Of a stretch of 64,000 nucleotides of DNA, positions 31,967 to 40,986 are shown one piece after another. This stretch comes from an uncultured virus (IMG/VR IMGVR_UViG_3300030117_007285) (lineage: Duplodnaviria > Heunggongvirae > Uroviricota > Caudoviricetes): the IMG/VR virus record IMGVR_UViG_3300030117_007285, positions 1-64,000 of that record; one strand, 5' to 3'. Under the pieces are notes generated by a model. That model did not search any database and was not told the origin of the DNA. It saw only the letters and a program-made list of their open reading frames with translations. The position numbers and the translations under genes are program-made. Positions within the stretch are counted from its first letter, which is position 1, and each line of letters begins with the position of its first letter.

Positions 31967-32347
31967 ATGAGCAAAAATTATGATAAGATCGCAAAGATAG
32001 AAAAAGCCATGTCCAAAAAGTTTGGACGTGAATCCATCGTAAACCCAAAATCAGGTTGGGATGATGAAAAAGAAAAACAATATCTAGAGGATTTAAAAGA
32101 ATTTTATTCCGAAGATTACAAAGAGGCTGCCGACAAAATAAATGAAGACGGCTTTTTAATCACTAGAAACCTAATTAATAAAGAAATAAATAGAGTTTGC
32201 CCAGTTTGCGAAACTTATTCTTTCTCTGGTAAAGATGATCTCTATATGAATAAATTTGAATGTTGTCAAAATTGTTACATTCAATGGGTTGAAGATAGAG
32301 AAGAAAGATGGCTAGAAGGCTGGCGACCTGATAAGGAGCAAAATTAA
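31967..32347 (+). CDS. Hypothetical zinc-binding protein
   Basis: 126 aa with CPVC...CCQNC; two genes upstream of the terminase. Confidence 0.6.
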   Translation: MSKNYDKIAKIEKAMSKKFGRESIVNPKSGWDDEKEKQYLEDLKEFYSEDYKEAADKINEDGFLITRNLINKEINRVCPVCETYSFSGKDDLYMNKFECCQNCYIQWVEDREERWLEGWRPDKEQN

Positions 32348-32895
32348 TGGCTACAGTTTATGATATTGTAAAGGGAATTAACCAAGCGGCAGCGAATGCT
32401 TATGACGGCGCACAAGACGCCCGATTCAGAACAGATGGTAAAGATGACCCTATTGGTCTTAAAAGAGAAGAGGGGTGTCCTCTTACCGATTCGAGGGTTA
32501 TGGATGGGTTTAAAGTTCGAATAGCTGGGCCGATTTTAATTGTTTCCTATCAATCAGAAATGCCGATAAAATCTTTTCACAATACAAAATTAGGTGATGA
32601 GATGGAAGCAGTGTTTAGAGATATTGTCAAGTATCTTAAAAGAGAATATCAAAATATAAATAACGAAGCACTTTCGCTTACTCCAGTTGGTCCTTGTGAT
32701 ATATTATTGCAAAATCTTTCGAAAGTTAGAACTTTTGTGACATGTCATAAAAATTATAAAATTGGTAATATGAAAGATACTACACCAGTTGGTGAAGCAT
32801 CAGGAGATCGCCTGGAAGACAATTTTAAAAAGTTTCTTGAGCAATCGGCCGGAGGTAAGCCACCTTCGAACGTAACAAGACCAAAAAATGATTAA
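32347..32895 (+). CDS. Hypothetical protein preceding large terminase (small terminase candidate by position only)
   Basis: 182 aa; GGAG SD; TAATG-coupled on both sides. Confidence 0.5.
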   Translation: MATVYDIVKGINQAAANAYDGAQDARFRTDGKDDPIGLKREEGCPLTDSRVMDGFKVRIAGPILIVSYQSEMPIKSFHNTKLGDEMEAVFRDIVKYLKREYQNINNEALSLTPVGPCDILLQNLSKVRTFVTCHKNYKIGNMKDTTPVGEASGDRLEDNFKKFLEQSAGGKPPSNVTRPKND

Positions 32896-34472
32896 TGGCC
32901 TACAAACTAACAAAAGACAAGATAGTAAAAGAAGTTGTAAAATCAGGCAAGAAGCCTGTTTATTTTATTAATACTTATTGTAAAATACCTCACCCGGGCA
33001 AAGGCCTTATACCATTTAAAACCTATGATTTTCAAGCAGAATTGGTAGATAATTTAGCGTTACATCGTTTTATTGTTGTTTTAAAAGCAAGACAACTGGG
33101 TATATCTACTATTACGGCTGCTTACGTGGCTTGGTTAGTGCTCTTTCATCGTGATAAAAATGTTCTAATCGTCGCAACTAAACTGGCAACTGCAGCAAAT
33201 TTAGTAAAAAAAGTAAAAACTATTTTAAAAAATTTACCACCGTGGCTGAAGATAGCAGATTTTAGTGTAGATAACAAAAACAGCATAGAGTTGACAAATG
33301 GTAGTCAAGTAAAGGCGTCATCAACTTCTGGTGATGCTGGTCGTTCTGAGGCATTATCTTTACTTGTAATTGATGAGGCAGCGCATATTGATGGGCTTGA
33401 TGAACTTTGGACTGGTCTATACCCTACAATTTCAACTGGTGGACGATGTATTGCCATATCAACACCAAATGGTGTAGGTGATTGGTTTCACGAGACGTTT
33501 GTAGGCGCTGAGAGCGGAGAAAATGATTTTCTACCAGTAAACTTACCATGGGCCGTTCATCCTGATAGAGATGATGAGTGGTTTAAAATAGAAACTAAAA
33601 ACATGTCTCGTCGCCAAATAGCACAAGAGTATGAATGTAATTTCAATACATCAGGCGATACTGTTATTCACGGAGACGACATCCTAAGAATAAAAGAGGG
33701 ATTGGCAGAACCAAGATATAGAGTCGGTTTCGATAGAAATACTTGGATATGGGAAGAGGCACAAGATGATCATGGTTATCTTCTAGTCGCAGACGTTGCA
33801 AGAGGCGATGGTGCAGATTCAAGTACATTCCACGTTTTCAAGCTTCAAACCATGGAGATAGTCGCAGAATATAAAGGTAAACCGACTTCAGATCTTTTTT
33901 CTGAAATTCTTTTTACAACAGGCAATGAATATAAAGAAGCGATGATTGTTGTAGAAAATAACAATGTTGGCTTTCATGTTTTAGAAAAATTATTAGAGAG
34001 GGGTTATGAAAATGTTTATCATAGTAAAAAAGGTTCTCATGAATATGTGGAACAATATGCTGCTTTGGGCGATTCATCTGTTATCCCTGGTTTCACTACA
34101 TCGCTCAAGACAAGACCTTTAATAATAGCAAAGTTTGAAGAGTTTATAAGAAACAAAGTTTTAACTATTTATTCTAAACGTTTAGCAAACGAATTAGATA
34201 CTTTCATTTGGAAAAATGGAAGACCACAGGCGCAGCGGGGATACAATGACGATTTAGTCATGGCGGCTGCGATAGGTTGTTGGGTTAGAGATACTGCTAT
34301 TGTAGAGAATCAAAAAGATGTAGAATATAAAAAAGCTTTCTTGAACAGCATTATATTTACTAGTACAACACTAAATACAAACACGCCAGAGCAAAGAAAA
34401 AGAAGCATTAATGAGATGGCAATAGATGAAAAAAACAATTTAAAAGATCACATATGGGTTTTAAAAGGATAA
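32895..34472 (+). CDS. Terminase large subunit (T4 gp17-like)
   Basis: Walker A LKARQLGIST, Walker B LLVIDEAAH, ISTPNG coupling motif, nuclease VADVARG and DDLVMA. Confidence 0.95.
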   Translation: MAYKLTKDKIVKEVVKSGKKPVYFINTYCKIPHPGKGLIPFKTYDFQAELVDNLALHRFIVVLKARQLGISTITAAYVAWLVLFHRDKNVLIVATKLATAANLVKKVKTILKNLPPWLKIADFSVDNKNSIELTNGSQVKASSTSGDAGRSEALSLLVIDEAAHIDGLDELWTGLYPTISTGGRCIAISTPNGVGDWFHETFVGAESGENDFLPVNLPWAVHPDRDDEWFKIETKNMSRRQIAQEYECNFNTSGDTVIHGDDILRIKEGLAEPRYRVGFDRNTWIWEEAQDDHGYLLVADVARGDGADSSTFHVFKLQTMEIVAEYKGKPTSDLFSEILFTTGNEYKEAMIVVENNNVGFHVLEKLLERGYENVYHSKKGSHEYVEQYAALGDSSVIPGFTTSLKTRPLIIAKFEEFIRNKVLTIYSKRLANELDTFIWKNGRPQAQRGYNDDLVMAAAIGCWVRDTAIVENQKDVEYKKAFLNSIIFTSTTLNTNTPEQRKRSINEMAIDEKNNLKDHIWVLKG

Positions 34473-34475
34473 AAA

Positions 34476-36527
34476 ATGGCTGATAATAATAGTAAAAACA
34501 CAAAGAATGCCGATTCAGTTTTATTTAAAAGACTGACAAAATTGTTTTCAGGCCCAATTATTAATTATCGTTCGCAAAATACTAGGCAGCTGCGCAGAAG
34601 AAAATTAGAAAAATATGCTACAACCTTTAATGATGTCGCCGGCCAAAAATTTGAGCGTCTAGATTACAATCCTTTTAATTCACTTTCATCTTATACTATG
34701 GGCGCCCAGAGTCGTGTACAAAGATACAATGATTTTGAACAAATGGAATACACACCAGAGATAGCATCAGCACTAGATATCTATGCTGATGAGATGACAA
34801 CGTTTAATAGTTTTCATAAAATGCTTTTAATTAAATCCTCCAATGAAGAAATAAAAGGCATATTAGAAGTGCTTTTTGAGCAAATTTTAAATATAAATTA
34901 TAATTTATTTGGTTGGTCTAGAACAATGTGTAAGTATGGAGATTTTTATTTATACTTAGATATTGATGACAAACTAGGTGTAAAGCAAGTTATCGGCCTA
35001 CCCTCAAAAGAAGTGCAGCGATTAGAGGGGGAAGACAAACAAAATCCAAATTATGTTCAATATCAATGGAACAGCGCTGGTTTAACTTTTGAAAACTGGC
35101 AGATTGCACATTTCCGTATTCTAGGAAACGATAAGTTTGCTCCATATGGAACTTCTGTACTCGACCCTGTGAGAAGAATTTGGAGACAACTTACACTTAT
35201 CGAAGATGCGATGATGGCTTACCGTATTGTTCGCTCACCAGAAAGAAAAGTTTTTTATGTTGATGTTGGGAACATACCACCACAAGATGTAGAGCAGTTT
35301 ATGCAACGATTTATCACTTCGATGAAAAGAAACCAAGTTGTAGATCCATCAACAGGGAAAGTTGATCTTCGCTATAATCCAATGTCTGTTGAAGAGGATT
35401 ATTATATTCCAGTTCGTGGTGGAACAAGCCAAACTAAAATTGATACAATTCAAGGCGGTAAAAATGCTGATGCAATAGAAGACGTGAAATATCTTAGAGA
35501 CAAAATGTTTTCTGGTCTAAAAATCCCTCAAGCTTACTTAACCTCTGGGGAAGGACAAGTAGAAGATAAAGGCACATTGGCGCAGAAAGATATTCGTTTT
35601 GCTAGAACTATTGGTCGTCTACAAAGGTGTGTTCTCGCAGAGTTGGAAAAAGTTGCTATGATCCATCTTTATGTGCTTGGGTTTAGAGGTAAAGATTTAT
35701 TATCATTTAAATTAAAACTGAACAACCCATCAAAAATTGCCGAGCTTCAAGAACTTGAATATTGGAAAGCTAGATTTGAAGCAGCAAAACAGGCGCCTGA
35801 TGGATTCTTTAGCAAACGATGGTTGGCAACAGAACTACTTGATATATCTGAGGAAGAATACTTACGAAACCAAAGAGAGCTTTTCTACGATAAACAAGTG
35901 TCTCTTGAACTAGAGTATGTCGGACAAGAAGCACAAGGTGGAGCAGCTGGCGGTGATGCCGCCGGCGGACTTGGTGGTGACTTAGGTGGTGACTTAGGTG
36001 GTGGAGATCTAGGAGCTGCCGCCGGCGAATTCGCTGCTGGAGAAGATATTGCCAAGCCTGAAGCCGGCGGCGAAGCTGCAGCCGCCACCCCAGAAGCTGG
36101 GGGTGACACTGCTCTATTAGCCACTCCAGGTGGAGACACTGGTGGAGAAGCTCCACCCCCAGCGGCCCCGCCGCCTGGAAAAAGAGATGATGATAAGAGT
36201 ATAAAATATGTAAACACAAAGACCGGTGAAACCACTACTACAAAGTCAAAAGACTGGTATATGCCAAAAAAAGTTGACAGAAGAGGCGCCGGCGCAAGAT
36301 CACGACACATAAAATCACTTGGATCACGCCCAGAGGCCGCTAGCATGACAAAGCGATATGTTAATGGTTTATCTCCCAATGCAAAAGAGATACTTGGGTT
36401 GTCTGCTTTAAGTAAAGGAATTTTTGAGAATCAAAACACTAATTATGATGAAGAGGAAAAGAAGCTTTTTGAAACAAAAGAAAGTGTAAAAAAACTCTTT
36501 GAAGATTTGGAGTTGCTAGATGAGTAA
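34476..36527 (+). CDS. Portal protein (T4 gp20-like) with Gly/Ala/Pro-rich C-terminal extension
   Basis: EDAMMAYRIVRSPERKVFYVDVGN, EEDYYIPVRGG and IEDVKYLRDK motifs of gp20. Confidence 0.95.
   Translation: MADNNSKNTKNADSVLFKRLTKLFSGPIINYRSQNTRQLRRRKLEKYATTFNDVAGQKFERLDYNPFNSLSSYTMGAQSRVQRYNDFEQMEYTPEIASALDIYADEMTTFNSFHKMLLIKSSNEEIKGILEVLFEQILNINYNLFGWSRTMCKYGDFYLYLDIDDKLGVKQVIGLPSKEVQRLEGEDKQNPNYVQYQWNSAGLTFENWQIAHFRILGNDKFAPYGTSVLDPVRRIWRQLTLIEDAMMAYRIVRSPERKVFYVDVGNIPPQDVEQFMQRFITSMKRNQVVDPSTGKVDLRYNPMSVEEDYYIPVRGGTSQTKIDTIQGGKNADAIEDVKYLRDKMFSGLKIPQAYLTSGEGQVEDKGTLAQKDIRFARTIGRLQRCVLAELEKVAMIHLYVLGFRGKDLLSFKLKLNNPSKIAELQELEYWKARFEAAKQAPDGFFSKRWLATELLDISEEEYLRNQRELFYDKQVSLELEYVGQEAQGGAAGGDAAGGLGGDLGGDLGGGDLGAAAGEFAAGEDIAKPEAGGEAAAATPEAGGDTALLATPGGDTGGEAPPPAAPPPGKRDDDKSIKYVNTKTGETTTTKSKDWYMPKKVDRRGAGARSRHIKSLGSRPEAASMTKRYVNGLSPNAKEILGLSALSKGIFENQNTNYDEEEKKLFETKESVKKLFEDLELLDE
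35973..36002 (+). repeat. 12-bp in-frame tandem repeat (GGTGGTGACTTA x2.5) encoding GGDL
   Basis: Read directly in the low-complexity portal tail. Confidence 0.85.
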
Positions 36528-37350
36528 GCACAATAAAAAAAGAAACACCGCTTTTATTTATGAAGCATTGGTAAGAGAAGTTGTAAAACAATCAATTGCC
36601 AAAAACACACGAAAGAGAAATCTAGCTATATCTTTACTTAAAGAATATTTTAATAAAAACACACTTTTATACAAAGATCTACAGCTTTACAAAAGTATAT
36701 TAGAAACTAGACAAGTAAAAGAAAAAATCGCTTTTAAAATTTTAGTGGAGGCGAAAACTGTAAAAAGCAATCTAGATAAAAAAACGCTGTTTACAGAACA
36801 AAGTAAAATAATTAAAAAAATAAATAAAGATTTGTCACCGGATGTTTTCATGAATTATATTCCAACTTATAAGTACTTGGCTAGTATTGGTATGTTTTTT
36901 GGAGACAATTTAAATCCAAAACAAAAAGTTCTCTTAGAAGAGAAAATTTTAGAATATATGACTTTTACTGAAAGTAAAGATAATTTCGAGGAAGATAAGA
37001 AGGTAGACAATTTAGTGGTTAAATCTTTCGTTAAAAGATTTAACGATTCTTATAGCAAAAGTCTTTTAAGTGAGCAAAAAGAATTAATCAATCATTTTAT
37101 AAATTCGGCAGATCCTGAGAGGAAAGTAGAATTTAAACTTTATGTTGATAGAGAAATAGAAAGATTAAAAAGCACATTAACAGAAAATAGCTTGTCTGAT
37201 GAAATAAAGAAGGACACAAATATTGAAGCTAAACTCAATAAAGTGCTTGAATTTTTAAAAACAACCAACCAGAAAAAAATAAATGAGTCTTTTATATTAA
37301 AAATTGCTCAAATCCAACAATTGGTAAAAGAGATACAAACAAATGATTAA
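36520..37350 (+). CDS. Hypothetical helical protein of the head module
   Basis: 276 aa, overlaps the portal stop, Lys/Glu-rich. Confidence 0.6.
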   Translation: MSKHNKKRNTAFIYEALVREVVKQSIAKNTRKRNLAISLLKEYFNKNTLLYKDLQLYKSILETRQVKEKIAFKILVEAKTVKSNLDKKTLFTEQSKIIKKINKDLSPDVFMNYIPTYKYLASIGMFFGDNLNPKQKVLLEEKILEYMTFTESKDNFEEDKKVDNLVVKSFVKRFNDSYSKSLLSEQKELINHFINSADPERKVEFKLYVDREIERLKSTLTENSLSDEIKKDTNIEAKLNKVLEFLKTTNQKKINESFILKIAQIQQLVKEIQTND

Positions 37351-37873
37351 AATTACATTAGAAAATCCAATTGATGCAAAATTGAAACTTAAGGCTAGAA
37401 AAACAGTGCGTGGTGATATTGTTATATTAGATCATCCGGACATTGATATTGTAGTATCCCCGCACGAAAATAGAGTTGTTGCGTATTCTAAGAAAGAATA
37501 TGGAGATCATGTTTACGCGCTACAATCTAGGTTATTTGATTATTTAGTAAGAAAAGGTTGTATTTTGAACGGCTCCGTACGTTCTAGTAATGTGTATAGC
37601 TCCATTCAGGGTTTTCTTTTACCAGACACTGATAGTCAAAAAAAAGTAGATCCTCATCAAATCGCAATTTATTTGATAGCAAAATTTTTGAAAAGTGAAC
37701 TTGGTGAGCAAGATGTTATCGATGATTATCAAAAAGCCTATGATGATCTTTTAACTGATCCCCCCGAAGAGGACGCCACTAGATTAGGCAAAGTACCCCA
37801 TCAGCCAACCAAAGGAGATGCCTATGCAAATACCGGTAACTACTTTGGCCTCTATGGTTACTACGGAGAATAA
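37343..37873 (+). CDS. Hypothetical protein of the head module
   Basis: 176 aa, overlaps the upstream gene. Confidence 0.6.
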   Translation: MIKITLENPIDAKLKLKARKTVRGDIVILDHPDIDIVVSPHENRVVAYSKKEYGDHVYALQSRLFDYLVRKGCILNGSVRSSNVYSSIQGFLLPDTDSQKKVDPHQIAIYLIAKFLKSELGEQDVIDDYQKAYDDLLTDPPEEDATRLGKVPHQPTKGDAYANTGNYFGLYGYYGE

Positions 37874-38182
37874 ATGAATTTAATACATTTTGTTTTATGT
37901 GCTTACGGTTTGACAATGATCGTAGTGTATGGTTCTATATTTGAAAAATTTAGAAAATTAACGGATAAAGCAGGCTTCTACGGAAAGTTATTTAGATGTC
38001 CTTTGTGCTTTGGCTTTTGGGCTGGGGTATTTTTATGGAGTATTAATCCGTATACAGAACTATTTACATTTGATTACATTTTAATAAATGCTTTTCTTTT
38101 AGGGTGTCTGTCTTCAGGAACAAGCTATTTATTAGCAATGCTTATAAATGATTTTGGTTTGAAAATAAACCAAAAGGAGTAA
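37874..38182 (+). CDS. Small membrane protein with CxxC (DUF1360-like)
   Basis: Three hydrophobic segments and CPLCFGFW motif; GGAG SD. Confidence 0.6.
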   Translation: MNLIHFVLCAYGLTMIVVYGSIFEKFRKLTDKAGFYGKLFRCPLCFGFWAGVFLWSINPYTELFTFDYILINAFLLGCLSSGTSYLLAMLINDFGLKINQKE

Positions 38183-38184
38183 TT

Positions 38185-38292
38185 ATGCGTAACGAGTGGA
38201 CTTCAAAGTGGAAACTACAACCTGTCCGCCGCTGCTGCAGCGGATCGATAAACGTGCGGGTGGCGCCCGCAGCAAGGATTAATAATGGCTAA
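38185..38292 (+). CDS. 35-aa small ORF not in the supplied track (MRNEWTSKWKLQPVRRCCSGSINVRVAPAARINNG)
   Basis: AAGGAG SD 5 nt before ATG; fills the gap up to and overlapping the protease start. Confidence 0.5.
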   Translation: MRNEWTSKWKLQPVRRCCSGSINVRVAPAARINNG

Positions 38293-38929
38293 ACAACTTT
38301 TAAGAGAATTTTTTGAATTAAAATGCGACGATAGAGGATGTCAAGACTTATTAAATGAAAATGAGAAAAGAATGGTTACTCAAGGTTTTCTTGTCTTCCC
38401 TGCGAAATTACAACAATGTAACGTTAGAAATGGTAATGGCAGAACCTATCCACGCGATGTTTTAGAAAGAGAAGTTGAAAATTATCAAAAGTTGATTAGA
38501 GAAAATAGAGCTATTGGTGAGTGTGATCATCCTGACGATTCAGTTATTAATCTTAAAAATGCATCTCATATTATTACGAGAATGTATTGGGATGGCGATA
38601 GTGTATTGGGCACTGTTAAAGTGCTTAAAACACCCTCTGGAAACATTCTTAGAGGACTTTATGAGAGCGGCGTATTGTTTGGTTTTTCTTCTAGAGCAAT
38701 GGGCTCACTACAAGAGGGTCGCGACGATGATGGCAAATCAATTCAAGTAGTGCAGGATGATCTTCAGCTGATTTGTTTTGATGCGGTATCTGAGCCATCT
38801 TCACCAGGGGCTTATGTTTTGGAGCCCAAGTATGATCAGATTAAACTTAAAATGGCTGAAAATACGACGAAAAGTTTTTTCACCAAAGGTGATAGAATTA
38901 ATCGTATTCTAAACGAAATAAAATTTTAA
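38285..38929 (+). CDS. Prohead core protease (T4 gp21-like)
   Basis: NGNGRTYP, GECDHP (catalytic His), FSSRAMG (catalytic Ser), FDAVSEPS. Confidence 0.93.
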   Translation: MAKQLLREFFELKCDDRGCQDLLNENEKRMVTQGFLVFPAKLQQCNVRNGNGRTYPRDVLEREVENYQKLIRENRAIGECDHPDDSVINLKNASHIITRMYWDGDSVLGTVKVLKTPSGNILRGLYESGVLFGFSSRAMGSLQEGRDDDGKSIQVVQDDLQLICFDAVSEPSSPGAYVLEPKYDQIKLKMAENTTKSFFTKGDRINRILNEIKF

Positions 38930-38939
38930 AAAGGGTAAG

Positions 38940-39362
38940 ATGAAAAAATCACAATTAAAACATGTTATTAAACCTATAGTTAAACAATGCTTAAATGAAC
39001 TTCTTATCGAGCAAGGTTTATTATCTAATATTATTTCTGAAGTTGTAAAAGGCATACAGCCTATACAACAACAAACAACACAACAGCCAATTGCTGTTGC
39101 TGAACAACAAAAGCTGCTGCAACAGCAAAGATTTGAATTGCAAGAGCAAAAACAGCAGATGATAAAAGAAAATAAAAGAAAACTTCTGGATGCGGCCGGC
39201 TTTGGAGTCGACGTGTTTAGAGGAACAAATCCAATTGAAGAAGCTAGTGACCCTTCAAATGGAAAAGCAGGCGCCTTAAGTGGCGTATCAGCAAATGACC
39301 CAGGCGTGGATATCAATGGAATTATGGCAATTGCTAATCGCGACTGGAGTAAAATGATTTAG
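38940..39362 (+). CDS. Hypothetical Gln-rich head-module protein
   Basis: 140 aa between the protease and bS21. Confidence 0.6.
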   Translation: MKKSQLKHVIKPIVKQCLNELLIEQGLLSNIISEVVKGIQPIQQQTTQQPIAVAEQQKLLQQQRFELQEQKQQMIKENKRKLLDAAGFGVDVFRGTNPIEEASDPSNGKAGALSGVSANDPGVDINGIMAIANRDWSKMI

Positions 39363-39370
39363 AGGTAATT

Positions 39371-39607
39371 ATGGGAAGTAAAAAACCTATCAACGTCGAG
39401 GTTAAACCGAGACATAGAGACGAACCACCTGAAAAATTAATAAAACGTTTTATGAAAAAAGTTAAAAATGAGAGAATCATTGAAAAAACTTTAGATAAAA
39501 GAAGATATACAAAACCTTCTGTAAAACGCAGGAAAGAAAAAATCAGAAGAAAAAAATTAATGCAGAAGCTAAATCAAAAGCGTAAGCAATTACTCGATGA
39601 TAAATAG
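39371..39607 (+). CDS. rpsU: Phage-encoded 30S ribosomal protein bS21
   Basis: 78 aa, very basic; V.V...E..EKLIKRFMKKV...I......RRYTKPSVKRR matches the bS21 pattern; GAGG SD. Confidence 0.88.
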   Translation: MGSKKPINVEVKPRHRDEPPEKLIKRFMKKVKNERIIEKTLDKRRYTKPSVKRRKEKIRRKKLMQKLNQKRKQLLDDK

Positions 39608-39630
39608 AAAAGCATTTTAGTTTAATTAAT

Positions 39631-39640
39631 ACTAATTAAG
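39631..39640 (+). promoter_or_regulatory. Putative late-promoter motif before scaffold/capsid
   Basis: ACTAATTAAG, intergenic. Confidence 0.6.
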
Positions 39641-39663
39641 AATAGGTCAAGGGAGTTTTATAT

Positions 39664-40950
39664 ATGTCTTCATCTATGCTAGAGCAAGCAATTATTGACG
39701 CGAAAGAGTTAAAAGAATCAGCACAAAGAAACGCTGAAGAAGCAATTGTTGAAAAATATCAATTTGAGATCAAAGAAGCGGTTGAAAAAATCTTAGAACA
39801 GGACGATCTTGGATTGGGTGGGGCTGATATGGGCGGCGGTTTAGGCGCCGCCGCAGCTGGTAAACCAGAGTCAGCTAAACAGCCAGAGGCTGGTAAAGAT
39901 CAAGTTGACATGGTACTTGAACAACTTCCTTTTCTTCAGACAACAGATGATAATGAGGTTATAGAATTAGATTTAGCTAAATTAGAAGAATCTTTAAATA
40001 TTGTTAGTGAAGTAGATGAAACAGCATTTGAAGAAAGGTTTGAAGATGATAAAGATGAGTTTAAAGTCGATGCTAAAGATTTAGGATTAGATGAAGAACT
40101 TGAACTTGAAGAAGATATGCTTGAGGAAGATGATTTAGATGAAGAAGTCACGGTTAACTTAAGTAAAGAACAGGCCGAAGAATTAATTCAGCGAGGTCTA
40201 GGCAAACCCGAAGGTGGAGGTGCATCTCCAATAGCCGAAGACCTCTCATTGGAAGAGATGATCGCTGAAGCTCTTGAAGAGATGCTTGGCGAGGAAGATG
40301 TTCTAGAAGAAGACGAAGATCTATTTGAGATCGAGGATCTTGAAGAGGAGAAAAAGCCAGACTTTCCTGATGTGGATGGCGATGGTGACACAAAAGAGCC
40401 TATTTCAAAAGCTCAAAAGGATAAAAAGGAAAAAGAAGGCGGCGAGAGTAAAAAAGATAAAGATTATTCCAATGTGCCTCCTCAACTTCGAAAGCATATG
40501 CAAAAAGAATCAAAACTTCTCCAAAGAAAAAACAAAACTCTTATTAAAGAGCAAACAAGAATGAGCAGCAAAGTCCAGCTGCTTGAAAATAAACTTGATA
40601 AATATGGCACAGTCATCGATCAACTTAAACAAAAGTTGGACGAAAGCAATTTAGCTAGCGCTAAGTTGTTATATCAAAACCGTGTTCTAGATAGCGTCTC
40701 CTTGAATGAGCGACAGAAAGATAGAATTGTCGAAGCAATTAAAGATGCGGAAACCGTTGAAGAAGCCAAAATTATTTTTGAAACTCTTCAAAGTACAGTG
40801 GAAACGGCCGGTCAATCCAGTCGCGGAAAAGAATCACTGGACGAAGTTGTTTATCGCGGATCTTCAGCTTTTATGCCTCTTAAAGAGGATAAACAAAAGG
40901 TATCCGATCCTTTTGTTGCAAGAATGAAAACTCTTGCAGGACTTAAATAA
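39664..40950 (+). CDS. Prohead scaffolding/core protein (gp22 positional equivalent)
   Basis: Highly acidic centre, coiled-coil C-terminus, immediately upstream of the major capsid gene. Confidence 0.75.
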   Translation: MSSSMLEQAIIDAKELKESAQRNAEEAIVEKYQFEIKEAVEKILEQDDLGLGGADMGGGLGAAAAGKPESAKQPEAGKDQVDMVLEQLPFLQTTDDNEVIELDLAKLEESLNIVSEVDETAFEERFEDDKDEFKVDAKDLGLDEELELEEDMLEEDDLDEEVTVNLSKEQAEELIQRGLGKPEGGGASPIAEDLSLEEMIAEALEEMLGEEDVLEEDEDLFEIEDLEEEKKPDFPDVDGDGDTKEPISKAQKDKKEKEGGESKKDKDYSNVPPQLRKHMQKESKLLQRKNKTLIKEQTRMSSKVQLLENKLDKYGTVIDQLKQKLDESNLASAKLLYQNRVLDSVSLNERQKDRIVEAIKDAETVEEAKIIFETLQSTVETAGQSSRGKESLDEVVYRGSSAFMPLKEDKQKVSDPFVARMKTLAGLK

Positions 40951-40986
40951 ATTGTTTATGTTAAACAAAAAGGAGATAAAAAAACA

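Noticed and set aside
40952..40968. Hairpin TTGTTTA/TAAACAA before the capsid SD
   Set aside because: Low stability, 3-nt loop, does not cover the SD; cannot be supported as regulatory
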